64,000 nt of DNA. It comes from Anolis carolinensis. Taxonomy: Eukaryota. Location of the stretch: contig NC_085842.1 in assembly GCF_035594765.1 (NCBI RefSeq), positions 89,690,782-89,754,781 of the forward strand. The letters are read 5' to 3'. The notes under the pieces are model-generated. The model ran no database searches. It was not told the DNA's origin and saw only the letters and a list, made by a program, of their open reading frames with translations. The position numbers and the translations under genes were made by a program. This document shows, piece by piece, positions 25,371-36,968 of the stretch (positions are counted from its first letter, which is position 1; each line of letters starts with the position of its first letter).

Positions 25371-26187
25371 TTGGGTTGCTGTGAGTTTTCTAGGCTCTAT
25401 GGCCATGTTCCAGAAGCATTCTCTCCTGACCTTTCACTCACATCTATGGCAGGTATCCTAAGAGGTTGTAAGGTCTGCTGGAAACTAGGAAAGCGGGGTT
25501 TATGTATCTGTGGAATGCTTAGGGTGGGAGAAAGAACTCTTGTTTGTTTGCGGCAAGTGCGAATGTTGCAATTGGCCACCTTGATTCGCATTGAAAACCC
25601 TGGCAGCTTCAAAGCCTGACTTCTTCCTGCCCGGGGGGGGGGGAGGGGTCCTTTATTGGGAGGTGTTAACTGGCTCTGATTGTTTCTTGACTGAATTTCC
25701 CCTGACCTCCGAGTGCTGTTCTTTATTTACTGTTTTGATTTTAGAGTTTTTAAAATATTGGTAGCCAGATTGTCTTCCTTTTCATGGTTCCCTTTTTCTG
25801 CTTGTGGATTTCCATGGCTTCTCTGTGTAGTCTGACATGGTGGTTGTTAGAGTGGTCCAGTATTTGTGTTCTCAAATAATATGCTGTGTCCAGATTGGTT
25901 CATCAAGTGCTCTTATATGGCCGACTTAACGCCTCCTAACAAAGGATTCCCCCAGGCAGGAAACCGCCAGGCTATTCAATGCTAACCAAGCTGGCCAATT
26001 ACAACACTCACCCTTGCCTCTGGCAGACAAGTTCTTTCTCCCACCCTGAACCTTCCACAGATAGATAAACTCCACTTGCCTAGTTTCCAACAGACCTCAC
26101 AACCTCTGAGGATGCCTGCCATAGATGTGGGCGAAACGTCTGAAGATAATGCTTCTAGAACATGGCCATACAGCCCAGAAAACTCAC
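25371..26187. mobile_element. Penelope-like retroelement remnant with inverted pseudo-LTRs
   Basis: 25371-25925 (-) includes GIY-YIG C-terminus (EHLMNQSGHSILFENT..HHVRLHREAMEIHK) and pLTR; 25930-26187 (+) is an inverted pLTR. Confidence 0.8.
26103..26143 (+). ncRNA. Minimal type I hammerhead ribozyme motif (Penelope pLTR)
   Basis: CCT-CTGAGGA-T-GCCTGC/GTGGGC helix II-GAAAC-GTC; 3' strand of helix I mutated (TGA). Confidence 0.65.
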
Positions 26188-26754
26188 AGGTGTTGCAAAC
26201 TGTATCTTAGAGGAAGGACCTGGCAGAAGTGCCTTCTGAGTTTGCCTTGCCCGCAGGAGAGCTTTGCCTGTGGGTCTGTCTCCTTCTGAGGCTCAATCCC
26301 GGCTGGCCATGCCATGTAGTGAAGCATTGCCGTGGCTGTGCCGCCGGGGCTTTCCATCATCCCATCTCCGCCCACGCTGCCCCGGGGACTCGCAGGGCGA
26401 AACAGCCCCAGATCCCTTGTGATCCTGGAAGCGAAGCAGGGCAGACCTTCCTTCCTTCCTTCAGGTCACATGAAGGAAACGGCCCAAGCAAACACCAAAC
26501 ACACAACCCTCTTGGGTACTCTTTGCCTAGGAAAACGCTACGAAACGAAGAGAGTTGCTGCAAAACGCAACCAGCCTCCTCCCCAGGTTAGGCAGGGGGT
26601 TTAACCCCTCCCTGTAGACCTCACCAAGCTGAAGCTCCCTGGATTGCATAGCCCTGAGCCCTGGCAGTGTGTGTGTGTGTGTGGCAACATGTGTTCAAGT
26701 GGTGTGGAACTGCGTTAGTCCCGCCGTGGGGACGCCGCTCGCCTCGCTCCGTAC

Positions 26755-26955
26755 CTCTTCCTCGTCCTGGGAAGCCGCCTTCTCCCGCTGCAGCTCGGCT
26801 CCCAGCTGCTGCTCCCAGCGCGCCCTCCACCCGATGCAGCTGTCGTTGGCGTCTCGGAAGTAGACCTTCCAGGCGATGAAGAGGAGCGAGCCCAGCGCCG
26901 CCACCGCTGCCCCCAGCGCCAAGCCCAGGTGCCTCAGGGTGGCCGAGGGAGCCAT
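26755..26955 (-). CDS. ARL10: ADP-ribosylation factor-like GTPase 10, exon 1 (N-terminal TM segment)
   Basis: MAPSATLRHLGLALGAAVAALGSLLFIAWKVYF...QDEEE; within a CpG island; donor GTACGG; phase 0. Confidence 0.88.
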
Positions 26956-26959
26956 GGAG

Positions 26960-27150
26960 GCGGGCCAAGACCCCCACCCTTCTTCCTCCTCCTCCTCCTC
27001 CTCCTTCCCCGGCTCTGCTGCAAGCGCGCAACCTGCTCGCCTGCCTTCCGGGCTGAGTCCAGAGGCGCCCCAAGAGAATCCCCGGCCGGCAGAGCGAGCA
27101 AGCCAGCCAGCCGCCGGTGACGTCACGGGCCGCCTTAAAGGGGACTCGCC
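26960..27150 (-). promoter_or_regulatory. ARL10 CpG-island promoter with full CRE palindrome
   Basis: GTGACGTCAC at 27117-27126 in GC-rich DNA upstream of the ARL10 ATG. Confidence 0.6.
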
Positions 27151-27159
27151 AGTGCCAGG

Positions 27160-27712
27160 AGGAGACCTCACGGGCCATTCAGTCTAACCCCCTGGCCAAG
27201 AAGCAGGAAAATCACATTCAAAGCACCCCAGGCTGATGGCCATCCAGCCTCTGCTTAAAAGTCTTCAAAGAAGGAGCCTCCACCACACTCCAGGGCAGAG
27301 AGTTCCACTGCTGAACAGCTCTCACAGTGAGGAAGTTCTTCCTCATGTTCAGGTGGACTCTCCTTTCTTGTAGTTTGAAGCCATTGTTCCGCATCCTAGT
27401 CTCCAGGGCAGCAGAAAACAAGCCTGCTCCCTCCTCCCTATGACTTCCCCTGGCATGGCCCTCATCATGTCTCCTCTCAGCCTTCTCTTCTGCAGGCGAA
27501 ACATGCCCAGCTCTTTAAGCCGCTCCTCATCAGGCTTGTTCTCCAGACCCTTGATCAGTTTAGTCGCCCTCCTCTGGACACCTTCCAGCTTGTCAACATC
27601 TCCCTTCAATTGCGGTGCCCAGAACTGGACACAGTGTGATTCCAGGTGTGGTCTGAGCAAGGCGGAATAGAGAGGTAGCATGACTTCTCTGGATCTAGAC
27701 ACTAGACTCCTA
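27160..27712 (-). mobile_element. CR1 LINE 3' fragment
   Basis: Encodes [44 protein letters not shown] and NFLTVRAVQQWNSLP (CR1 ORF2 C-terminus), plus 3' UTR. Confidence 0.9.
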
Positions 27713-27714
27713 TT

Positions 27715-28565
27715 GGAGAAGGCATGCACTCTGGCACCACCTCAACTGCCACAGGTTCAGTGCTATGGAATCGGGGCAGTTGTAGTTTTACAAGGTCCTT
27801 AGCCTTCCCTGCCAAAGAGCGCCTGTACCTTAGCAAACTACAGCTCCCAGGATTGTCGGATTGAGCCGTGGCAATCAAAAGGGCGTCAAATTGCATTCAT
27901 TCTCCAGTATACAGCAGGCATGGGCAAACCTTGGCCCTCTAGATGTTTTGGATTTCAACTCCCACAATTCGTAACACCTGGAGGGCCGAAGTTTGCCCAT
28001 GCCTGGTATAGAAGCATCCTATGTTTCTTCAGGGTGCATCAATAATAAAGTGAACATCACTTTAACTGCCATGGCTCAATGCTATGGAATCCCGGGATTT
28101 GGAGTTTTACAAAGTCTTTAGACAAACAGCAGCTCCCAGGATTCTGTCTCACTGTGCCTTGGCAGCAATGGTTCAAACTTCACTTATTCTACAGCAGAGA
28201 GATATCCTTGGCTTCTTTGGGTACATTTGCACTGTAGAATAAACATCACTTTCAACTGTCATCATTTTAACTGCCATGGGTCAATGCTATGGAATCATGG
28301 GAGTTGTAACTTTTTTTACAAGGTCTTTAGCCTTCTCTGCCTCACCAAACTACCAACCCAAGGATTCAAGTAGAAGTAGTTCAAGTAGTGCCAAGCAGCA
28401 TTCATTCTACAGTGTAGAGCAGTGGTTCTCAACCTGCGGGTCCCCAGATGTTTTGGTCTCTAACTCCCAGAAATCCTAACAGCTGGTAAACTGGCTGGGA
28501 TTTCTGGGAGTTAGGGCCAAAACACCTGGGGACCCATAGATTGAGATTCACTGGTAGAGCCATTC
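27715..28565. repeat. Cluster of Harbinger-like MITEs with nested hAT MITEs
   Basis: Three to four diverged AGGGTGCATCTACACTGTAGAAT-type units; hAT MITEs at ~27916-28005 and ~28420-28553. Confidence 0.7.
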
Positions 28566-29049
28566 TCAGACACGAGGGAGGAAGAGAAGAACCAGCCTTA
28601 TTTTTGGAAAGGTTGCTTTTTTATTGTAGCATCTAGAATCCCACATGATGGCCAACTATTTAAAATTTATTGTCAAATCATCTTGGATTTATGGAGACCC
28701 TACAAACGAGAGACCTTCAGGAGCCCTGGTCAATGTCAACCCTGCTCATGTCTTGCAAAGTCAGGATTATGGTTTTCTTGTTTGAGTTAATTCGTATCTG
28801 CAATGTGGTCCTCTTCTTTCTCTACTACAGTCAGCTCTTTGTATCCACAGGATCTGCATCCAGATTCAGTCATCCACAACTTGAAAATATTCAACAACTA
28901 CAAAATGTCCATAAATCGAACCTTGATTTTATCAAGGGACAGCATTATAATACATCATTGCAAATAATGAGACTTGAGCATTCACAGATGTTGGTGTCCA
29001 TGGGCATCCTGGAACCAAATCCCTTTGGCTGTGGATGTGCCTTCACATT

Positions 29050-29510
29050 GCTATCAATTTATGAAGACCTCATGAAATTCATACAGTATTTTTAATGTAA
29101 GATATAAGCGTGGTTTTGCCAATTTCTTCCTCTGAAACATACCCTAAAGCTAGGGCCGTAGCCAGAAAAAAAATTTGGGGCAGTTTGAAACTTTTTTTAG
29201 CAAATCATGAAGAGTAGTTCCATAACGCAAAATAATTTAGAAATCAGGCACCATTGATAAACTTCAGTGGACACTCAAGACAGATAAACTTCAGTGGACA
29301 CTCATGGGGATTTGGTTAACCAGTTAAAATTCTTGAATAAACCAGGTATTTTTAAAACCTGAAAAAAATCAGAGTGGGGGTTGACCCCCCCCCCCCTGGC
29401 TACAGCCCTGCCTACAGCACCTGATATTTGTTGTTCTCCCATCCAAGTACTAACTAGGGCTGACCCTACATACCTTTGAAGATCAGAGGGAATCTGGTGC
29501 CTTTAGGGTA
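29050..29510 (-). mobile_element. 5S rRNA-derived SINE interrupted by a hAT element (29151-29410)
   Basis: Minus strand AGGGTCAGCCCTAGTTAGTACTTGGATGGGAGA..GGTGCTGTAGGC matches the 5S 3' half; hAT TIR TAGGGCCGTAGCCAG/CTGGCTACAGCCCTG with TSD CCTAAAGC/CCTACAGC. Confidence 0.75.
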
Positions 29511-29846
29511 TTTGGGTTCCTATGTTCCACTTTACTTAATAGGACAGCCTCAATTGAGTCATGTTTGTTTCTAGTGAGAGCTGGAATATATGCTGGCTCA
29601 GGGTTTCAGGGAGTAGTCTTCTGTGGGGAAAATTCTTCTGTTTGTACTGGTTCATCCACATCCATGGTCTCAGAAAACAACATTTCCCACATTTAATTGG
29701 AAATGTTAGGGCTTGGGTTTGGGGTATCTTGTATGTAGAGCATGTACGGTGCTGGGGCTCCTCTTATATTGTAATAGACTTTGCCTCAAATCCCAATAGG
29801 CCTAGCCAACATAGCCTGCTTCAATCCATAATCATCTGAAGACCTG

Positions 29847-29850
<4 letters not shown>

Positions 29851-29881
<31 letters not shown>
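29851..29881 (+). repeat. Poly-G run (31 nt)
   Basis: Direct observation. Confidence 0.9.
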
Positions 29882-29883
<2 letters not shown>

Positions 29884-30647
29884 GGTATTTGAGCAAGGAC
29901 TTGCAAATAAATGCAGCATTACAGTATTTTATTCTTTCAGAGCCCAAACATAAGGTCATACCCTCAGAAATCAATCATAAAGAAAGTGCAGCTGAAAACA
30001 GAGTGACATTCAATGAACCCTAATTTGCTTTCATGCTAGTCCCCCTGCCAACATTTGAAAAAGTGTTGCTTCATATCTGAAAAGGTGTTTTGTGCTATCT
30101 CAGATAAAAAGAAAATAAGTGAAGTGTGGCTGAGGATGTTTGAGTGATCTAGTTCTTAACCTATGTAAACCCTTCCGTTTTACTTCATTTCCTCAGTTTT
30201 ATTGCATTTGGTTAAAGCAGGGCTCAGTGATAGAACTGATAGGCCTCTTATGTCATGACTCCAAAAGAGTCACACTTGACAAGGAAAATAATGAGTCACA
30301 GCACTGGGTGACTACTCAAAGCGTTGTAGAGGGAAGGTGTGCCTATTTCCTTGATCATGGGGAAATCTTTCCCCTGAAAGAAATTATTCTCTCTCTCTTG
30401 CTGACCTATCAGCTAAAAGATAGTTAACAAAACTGTTGACTGGAACTGCTATATCAAGCAATCCTTTGCCTAACAACAACCCTCTTAGATTTGCTGATTC
30501 AGGTACCCGATATGTCCCCAGCTGTCAGAAGGTTACAAAACAAACAGAGATAATGGAGTAATTTCCTAGATGTAGTTCTTCTTTGTGGTTTCTATTTGAC
30601 CAGCATTACACAATAAGATTCTGGCATCTAAACTGTGTGCTAGATGC

Positions 30648-31000
30648 AGGGTGCATCTACACTGTAGAATTAATGCAGGTTGAAACCACTTCAACTGCAA
30701 AGGCTCAGTGCTATGGGAGTTGTAGTTTTACAAGTTTTTTTTCTTTTTATACCAAGGGCTGGTACTACACTAAACTACAGCTCCCAGGACTCTACAGCAT
30801 CGTGCCATGGCAGTTAAATAGGTGTCAAACTGCATTAATTCTACTGTATAGATCAGGCATGGGCAAACTTCAGTTCTCCAGGTGTTTTGGACTTCAACTA
30901 CTACAATTCCTAACAGCCTATCAGCTGTTAGGAAGTGTGGAAGTTGGAGTCCAAAACACCTGGAGGGACCAAGTTTGCCCATGCCTGGTATAGATGCATA
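30648..31000. mobile_element. Harbinger-like MITE with nested hAT MITE (30854-30987)
   Basis: AGGGTGCATCTACAC TIR; hAT CAGGCATGGGCAAACTT TIR with perfect TSD GTATAGAT. Confidence 0.8.
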
Positions 31001-31879
31001 CACAGTTCTCCTTTGTGGTTTCCATAAGATCTGTGGTGCACAATAAGATTCTGGCATATCATGCTTCTATCTCTCATCTTCAAATTCACAGAAATGCAGA
31101 TGAACGTAAGGAAGTTAAAAAACTTAAGATTTAAAACCGTTTGTTCCCTCGAATGGGGTCTTTATCCTCTATGGTATTGTGAAGACTGACAGACTGAAGC
31201 ACTTGGGCCTTTTGATAAACTGGCATAATCCAGGATTCCTTGTGTCACCCCAAGTTCAGTTAAAATCCTCATGAAATGATTTCTAAAACATTTTGATGTA
31301 GCTTGTTCTTGAATGGATAATTAAGACCCATTAGGTTTACAGAAGGCCTGCTTCTCTAGTGGATACTAAAACTCCTAGAACCAGCCTGCTGATGTTGATA
31401 GGCTGTTTTCATGTTTCCTATGGCATTTCTACTGAACGTTAGCACCTGCATATAACTGTAACATATTAACCGCACATCTACAGGAAATGTTTAGATCTTC
31501 CAAGGCTAGAAATCAGTCACAATGACATTCCTGAAAAATGATCTTGTTCATATCTGGGGCTTTGAAGTTGGCATAGCCTGAAATCAGCTTGTGTTTTAAC
31601 ACATAGTGGCTACCATTGAAACATGTGAAAGAGTCAGGGGTTGTAATCTCCCCTGCCTGGTATAGATTTTGTAAATTTCATTTTTATTGTGATTTTATAT
31701 ATAGAGATTAAAAATCCTATGACAACTGACAAACACACATACTAAATTAATTCCCTAACTGCTACAGAAAATGATCATGCGATAAATACATACAAAACTA
31801 CAAACATTGCACCTAATGCATCATTAATATTTAATATATAATTATACTGACATTGCATATATTAATGTTTAACTAAACA

Positions 31880-33023
31880 TTATCCGCTGGATAATGGAGG
31901 AAGCCAGGGAGTTTCAGAAAAACATCTACTTCTGCTTTATTGACTATTCTAAAGCCTTCGACTGTGTGGATCATAATCAACTACGGCATGTTCTTGGTGG
32001 TATGGGGATACCAAGTCACCTTGTCTGTCTCCTGAGAAATCTGTATAAAGACCAAGTAGCAACAGTAAGAACAGATCACGGAACAACAGACTGGTTCAAG
32101 ATTGGGAAAGGAGTGCGGCAGGGCTGCATACTTTCACCCTCCCTATTCAACTTGTACGCAGAACACATCATGCGACATGCGGGGCTTGAGGAATCCAAGG
32201 CTGGAGTTAAAATTGCTGGAAGAAACATTAACAACCTTAGGTATGCAGATGATACCACTCTGATGGCCGAAAGTGAGGAGGAGCTGAGGAGCCTTATCAC
32301 CAAGGTGAAAGAAGAAAGTGCAAAAGCTGGGTTGCAGTTAAATGTCAAGAAAACCAAGATCATGGCAACTACGCCTATTGATAACTGGCAAACAGAGGGA
32401 GAAAACGTGGAGGCAGTGACAGACTTTATATTTCTAGGCGTGAAGATCACTGCAGATGCAGACTGCTGCCAGGAAATCAGAACACGTTTACTTCTTGGGA
32501 GGAGAGCAATGGCCAACCTTGACAAAATAGTGAAGAGCAGAGACATCACACTGGCAACGAAGGTCTGCATAGTCAAAGCAATGGTATTCCCCATAGTAAC
32601 CTATGGATGCGAGAGCTGGACCATAAGGAAGGCTGAGCGAATGAAGATAGATGCTTTTGAACTCTGCTGCTAGAGGAAAATCCTGAGAGTGCCTTGGACC
32701 GCAAGAAGATCCAACCAGTCCATTCTCCAGGAAATAATGCCCGGCTGCTCATTGGAGGGAAGGATATCAAAGGCAAAGTTGAAGTATTTTGGCCACATCA
32801 TGAGGAGACAGGAAAGCTTGGAAAAGATCACGATGCTGGGGAAAATGGAAGGAAAAAGGAAGAGAGGCCGACCAAGGGCAAGATGGATGGACGGTATCCT
32901 TGAAGTGACTGGCTGGACCTTGAAGGAACTGGGGGCGGTGACGGCCGACAGGGAGCTCTAGCGTGGACTGGTACATGAGGTCACGAAGAGTCGGAGGCGA
33001 CTAAACGACTGAGCAGCAGCAGC
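31880..33023 (+). mobile_element. 5'-truncated BovB (RTE) LINE with RT domain
   Basis: ORF 31894-32673: FIDYSKAFD, GVRQGCILSP, YADD; TGG>TAG stops at 32671 and 32959; (CAG)n tail; TSD AACTAAACA. Confidence 0.93.
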
Positions 33024-33075
33024 AACTAAACAAATTGGATTTCCAGGTTTCCCCTCATTCGTATTTATTATTTGA

Positions 33076-33200
33076 CTAGCTTAGGTACCCTGCGATGCCT
33101 CGGTTATTTGAAAAGGGTCTTGTTTATTTTTGGATGTTTGGTAGTATCAGTTTGGTCATATGTTACACTATGTCTTAGAAAAAACTCAGTCTTTCATACT
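33076..33200 (-). mobile_element. Helitron 3' end, different family
   Basis: Minus strand ATAACCGAGGCATCGCAGGGTACCTAAGCTAG|T; 5' extent uncertain. Confidence 0.5.
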
Positions 33201-33239
33201 GACATGTCCACAACTGCATGGTATACGGCAGACTCCTGC

Positions 33240-33680
33240 GGAGGTGAGAGAAGCCATTGAAATCCAAAAACGTGGACAATTTCAACAGAAAGGAGGAAAC
33301 CATGAAAATGAACAAAATCTGGCTACCAATATTTTAAAAAACTCTAAAATCAGAATAGTAAATAAGGAACAACACTATGAAAACAGGAATTCCAGACATG
33401 AATCAATCAGGAGCAGCTAACATCTCCGAACAAAAGATTCCCCCAGGCAGGAAGAAGCCACATGAATCTGGCAAGGCCATTAATGCTAATCAAGGTGATC
33501 AATTACAACATTCACCCTTGCCTCCAATAGACATGAGTTCTTTCTCCCACCCTGGACCTTCCGCAGATATACCTTCCTTGCTTAGTTTTTCCAATATACC
33601 TCACAATCTCTGAGGATGGCTGCAACAGATGTGGGCGAAACGTCAGGAGAGAATGCTTCTGGAGCATGGCCATGTTCTAA
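33240..33680 (+). mobile_element. Penelope-like element 3' fragment and pLTR
   Basis: REAIEI..DNFNRKEETMKMNKIWLP (GIY-YIG end), followed by a pLTR with hammerhead motif. Confidence 0.8.
33607..33647 (+). ncRNA. Minimal type I hammerhead ribozyme motif (Penelope pLTR)
   Basis: TCT-CTGAGGA-helix II (one mismatch)-GAAAC-GTC-AGG; catalytic core intact. Confidence 0.7.
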
Positions 33681-33719
33681 AGGGGCAGGCAAGGCACACG
33701 AGCAAGCCAAGCAAAACCC

Positions 33720-34260
33720 GGGCTCACAGGAGGCCCCGCCCCCTCACACCAGAATCCTCGACGTTCGAAGAGCCTTCCTGGCTGCGTGCGCCCGCCCACC
33801 CGCTCCAAACGCCTCAAGAAGGAATATCGCGAGAGAACGAGAGTATATTTTTGTGGCGCGCCCCCTGGCGGCGGCTCTTAGTTGGCGTTGTGGGCATCTG
33901 AAACGCCGGAGACACCGGCCGTCGTTTCCCCTCCTTCTCCTCCATGGCGGCTCCAGACGTTGCTGGGCGGCTTCGGGTCGCGGCCGGCGTCCTTCGCTTC
34001 CTGCCTCCGTCCGACTCGCGGCCGGAGCGGGCCTGTTAGTAGTGGGGGAGCTCCGTCCGAGGGCTGCAGGCGGCCCAAGGCAGGTAGAGGCGGGCCCGCG
34101 CGGGCCTTGTTTGGGTGGGCCGAGGGAGCCGCAGGAGAGGCCCCGCTCTACTCCACTCCTCCGGGCGCTTCCCTCGAAAGAGGAGAGGAAGCCGGCCTGG
34201 CAGCCGTTTCCCCAGCTCTGGCCTTCTGGCCTTCAGCTCCCAGGTGCCCTCATCCTTCGT
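33720..34260 (+). promoter_or_regulatory. KIAA1191: KIAA1191 CpG-island promoter and probable non-coding exon 1
   Basis: CpG-dense; GC box at ~33735; TATCGCGAGA (BANP/CGCG-type) 33825-33834; ATGGCGGC (YY1-like) 33944; candidate donor CAG|GTAGAG at 34083. Confidence 0.7.
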
Positions 34261-34632
34261 TAAGGCAGCTGAGGCTTCTGGGAGTTAAAGTCCAAAACAC
34301 CCGCGGCCCTGTGTTTTGACTCATCTCTGGCAGAGATGTGGAACTGAGCGCCTTATAGCAGTGGTTCTCAACCTTTGGGCCCCCAGATGTTTTGGCTTCC
34401 CAATTCCCAGAAATCCTAACATCTGGTAAAATGGCTGGGATTTCTGGGAGTAGTAGGCCAAAACACTTGGGGACCCACAGGTTGAGAACCACTGCCCTAT
34501 AGTGAAGTACTGCATTGATGTAGCGTTAGTATTTCATTTTAACTTTCATGGCAGAGCTTTCCAAACGTGTTCATTTTGGTGTCAAACTTTTCAGGCATGC
34601 ATCATTCTGTGACAGTAAGTCAGTTTACTAGC

Positions 34633-34694
<62 letters not shown>

Positions 34695-35690
34695 TGTTTA
34701 TGTCCTGCTCTTCTCCCTCACGGGACCCAAAGCAGCTTAAAAACATTAAAATCATGTAAATAACAATCCAAATACAACAATAAAAAGTATAAAACATCAT
34801 AAACAGTTTAAAACAGCAGTAATATACATTCACATTCTTGTGACATCATGTCAGATCATATGGCACATTGTTCCAGTCCATAAACATTATGGTGTTTTTT
34901 TAATCATTCCAGCTTAGTTTCCATCACTAACGGCCTGTTTAAACAGGAAGGTTGGAATTGGTCCTTGAAATAAGAAAGGGAGGGTGCTGTTTGAATTTCT
35001 TTTGGGAAGGTGTTCCACGGGGTCAGGGCCCACCGAAATGCCCTCTCCCTTGTTGATGTCATTTGAAACCAGACGTTAAACCAGGCATGGGCAAACTTTG
35101 TCCCTCTTGGTGTTTTGGACTTCAGCTCCCACAATGCTGTTGTGATGTTGGTGTCCAATTAGGAGCATTTGAAGCATTGCTTATTAGCAGATGTTTTGAA
35201 GTAGTTGCAGAGATGCACAGAATACATGGCAGTATTGAATACGATGTGTGTTGAGTTTTGTAATTTTAGTTTAGTAAATATTTTCTCATTTCTGAATTTT
35301 TGTCAGTCTGTCTGCATGGAAGCTTGTGGGGATGGTTTGGTAGAGTCAGCCTCAGCAACAGAATGGTCCTTTTTTGACATCTTTCTTTCATCATAACTTG
35401 TGGTAAGCTCCTCTTGCTTTTTTATTCTTATGATAATTATTTTATTAGGATGGTGTTTAAGATTATTTTGTGGTACTGTTTAATTGCTTTTTTGTGTCAG
35501 TCTGGAAGATAAATGTTAGCTGTCTTTCATTCTTTTAAAATGCAGGGATTTCTTAGGTTAGCTTTGGTTGTAGATGAGGGTCCTTTATCTTAGTGAAAAA
35601 CCTTTATAGATCAAAATACTCTTTATTTTTATTAGGTAACAACAGCCCTATTCTGGATTTCCATATAACGAAAGACCTGGAATTGCAATC

Positions 35691-35718
35691 ATGGCTTCAC
35701 GACGAACAGATGTTCCTG
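35691..35718 (+). CDS. KIAA1191: KIAA1191 (p33MONOX) first coding exon
   Basis: ATCATGG Kozak context; MASRRTDVP, similar to human MASRQPEVP; GTAAA donor; acceptor at 35635. Confidence 0.85.
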
Positions 35719-36289
35719 GTAAAACTCATTCTCTCAGCAATTCTCAATCCTTAACAAAGTGGAAATTATATTAATAGATATCACTAGCATCACAGTTCTG
35801 ATTTCCCAAGACATTATGCCAGACTACAGGCAATTGCACCTATAACTTTGCTATAGGGGACTAGCAATCATTTGTGTAAATAATGTATCTCTGTTGGTGA
35901 ATTAGCTTTTGGTTGTTACAGTGATCACGTTTCTTCCCTGAATTAGATAACCATGTGCCTACTAGAAAAAGATTACTAATCCTACTAAAATGCAGTAGTA
36001 GTCTTCTGCGTTCTTCAAGGTTGATGGTAGTTCCTCCAAGGAATTTTTCAGGTCACCAACAGGATGATATATTTAAGTATTTTTTATGTTAAAGCGTGTT
36101 CTCATTTTATGAATTTAACTTGTGTAGAGTGTCATTATTGAACAGCCAGCATAGTGTATGGAAGAAAAAAAGGTTATTTACTGGCATCAATTCAGAAAAA
36201 GTACCATTAACTGGAAATATCACTTCTCAGATCCTTTCAACAGTAGAATTTTATTCCTGAATATTTATCACTAAATATCCTAAAGGCAT

Positions 36290-36475
36290 TGCACTCTGTC
36301 TTATTTTGGAAGTTAAGGTTTAGCTCTGTCAAGTACTTGGATGGGGCACTGCCAACAAATACAAGGTGCCGTGGGCCATATGTTAGGGGAAGGAACTGGT
36401 AAAACCATCTCTGCATATTCCTTGCTTAAGAAAACTTTTTCACTTTCAGGGGAGTCACCATTAGTTAACAGACAA
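36290..36475 (+). mobile_element. 5S rRNA-derived SINE (diverged)
   Basis: AGTACTTGGATGGGG..AAATACAAGGTGCCGTGGGC plus body shared with the other copies. Confidence 0.55.
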
Positions 36476-36968
36476 AGTTTTTCCTGTAGTTTATTACAAT
36501 TTTGATGGAAGAGTGTACAATTTTAAAAGAAAATTGATTTATAGTGTGATCCTCTATGGCAGAAATACAAAAAAAAAGTGGGATATCTGTATAATATGGT
36601 GAGATAAGAATAGTGTTTTAGCAGCTCTAAATTAGATGATGCAGTTGAACTAAAACACAGTCATGCTGTATGAGTGCTGTTTCTAGGAGTTTTGATGTAG
36701 AGATCTTCTGGCTCTGTTGATTTTTAACCCCTGGTTGTTGAAATGATATAACTGGATCAAGCACATTGTTGAGGTCATAGTGTGACATAGCATAGCTTCC
36801 CTTTACTTGTTTAGAATTAGTCACATCACAGATGTTCTCAAGATTTTGTATAGTAAGTAGTCTTAATCTTGTAAACGAAAGAGAGGCTGGTGCGGTCACT
36901 ATCACATGCTGTGGGAAAACTCGTTCTGAAAGTTCAGCCCGCTGTGAAATTTCCATCTCTGTCCTTAG

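Noticed and set aside
26956-27171. In-frame open extension upstream of the ARL10 ATG (158-aa ORF in the track)
   Set aside because: Non-ATG start located in the CR1 3' end; GC-rich open frame crossing the promoter CRE; the ATG at 26955 fits the known N-terminus
29410-29510. 5S rRNA gene
   Set aside because: Too diverged, and fused to a SINE body
30285-30305. Possible NRF2 ARE near TGAGTCA
   Set aside because: GC spacing does not fit TGACNNNGC; a single AP-1 heptamer is expected by chance
32076-32594. 172-aa antisense ORF
   Set aside because: Shadow frame of the BovB RT
33616-34319. Long ORFs of 215 and 145 aa
   Set aside because: Stop-poor CpG island partly overlapping a Penelope pLTR; no recognisable protein features
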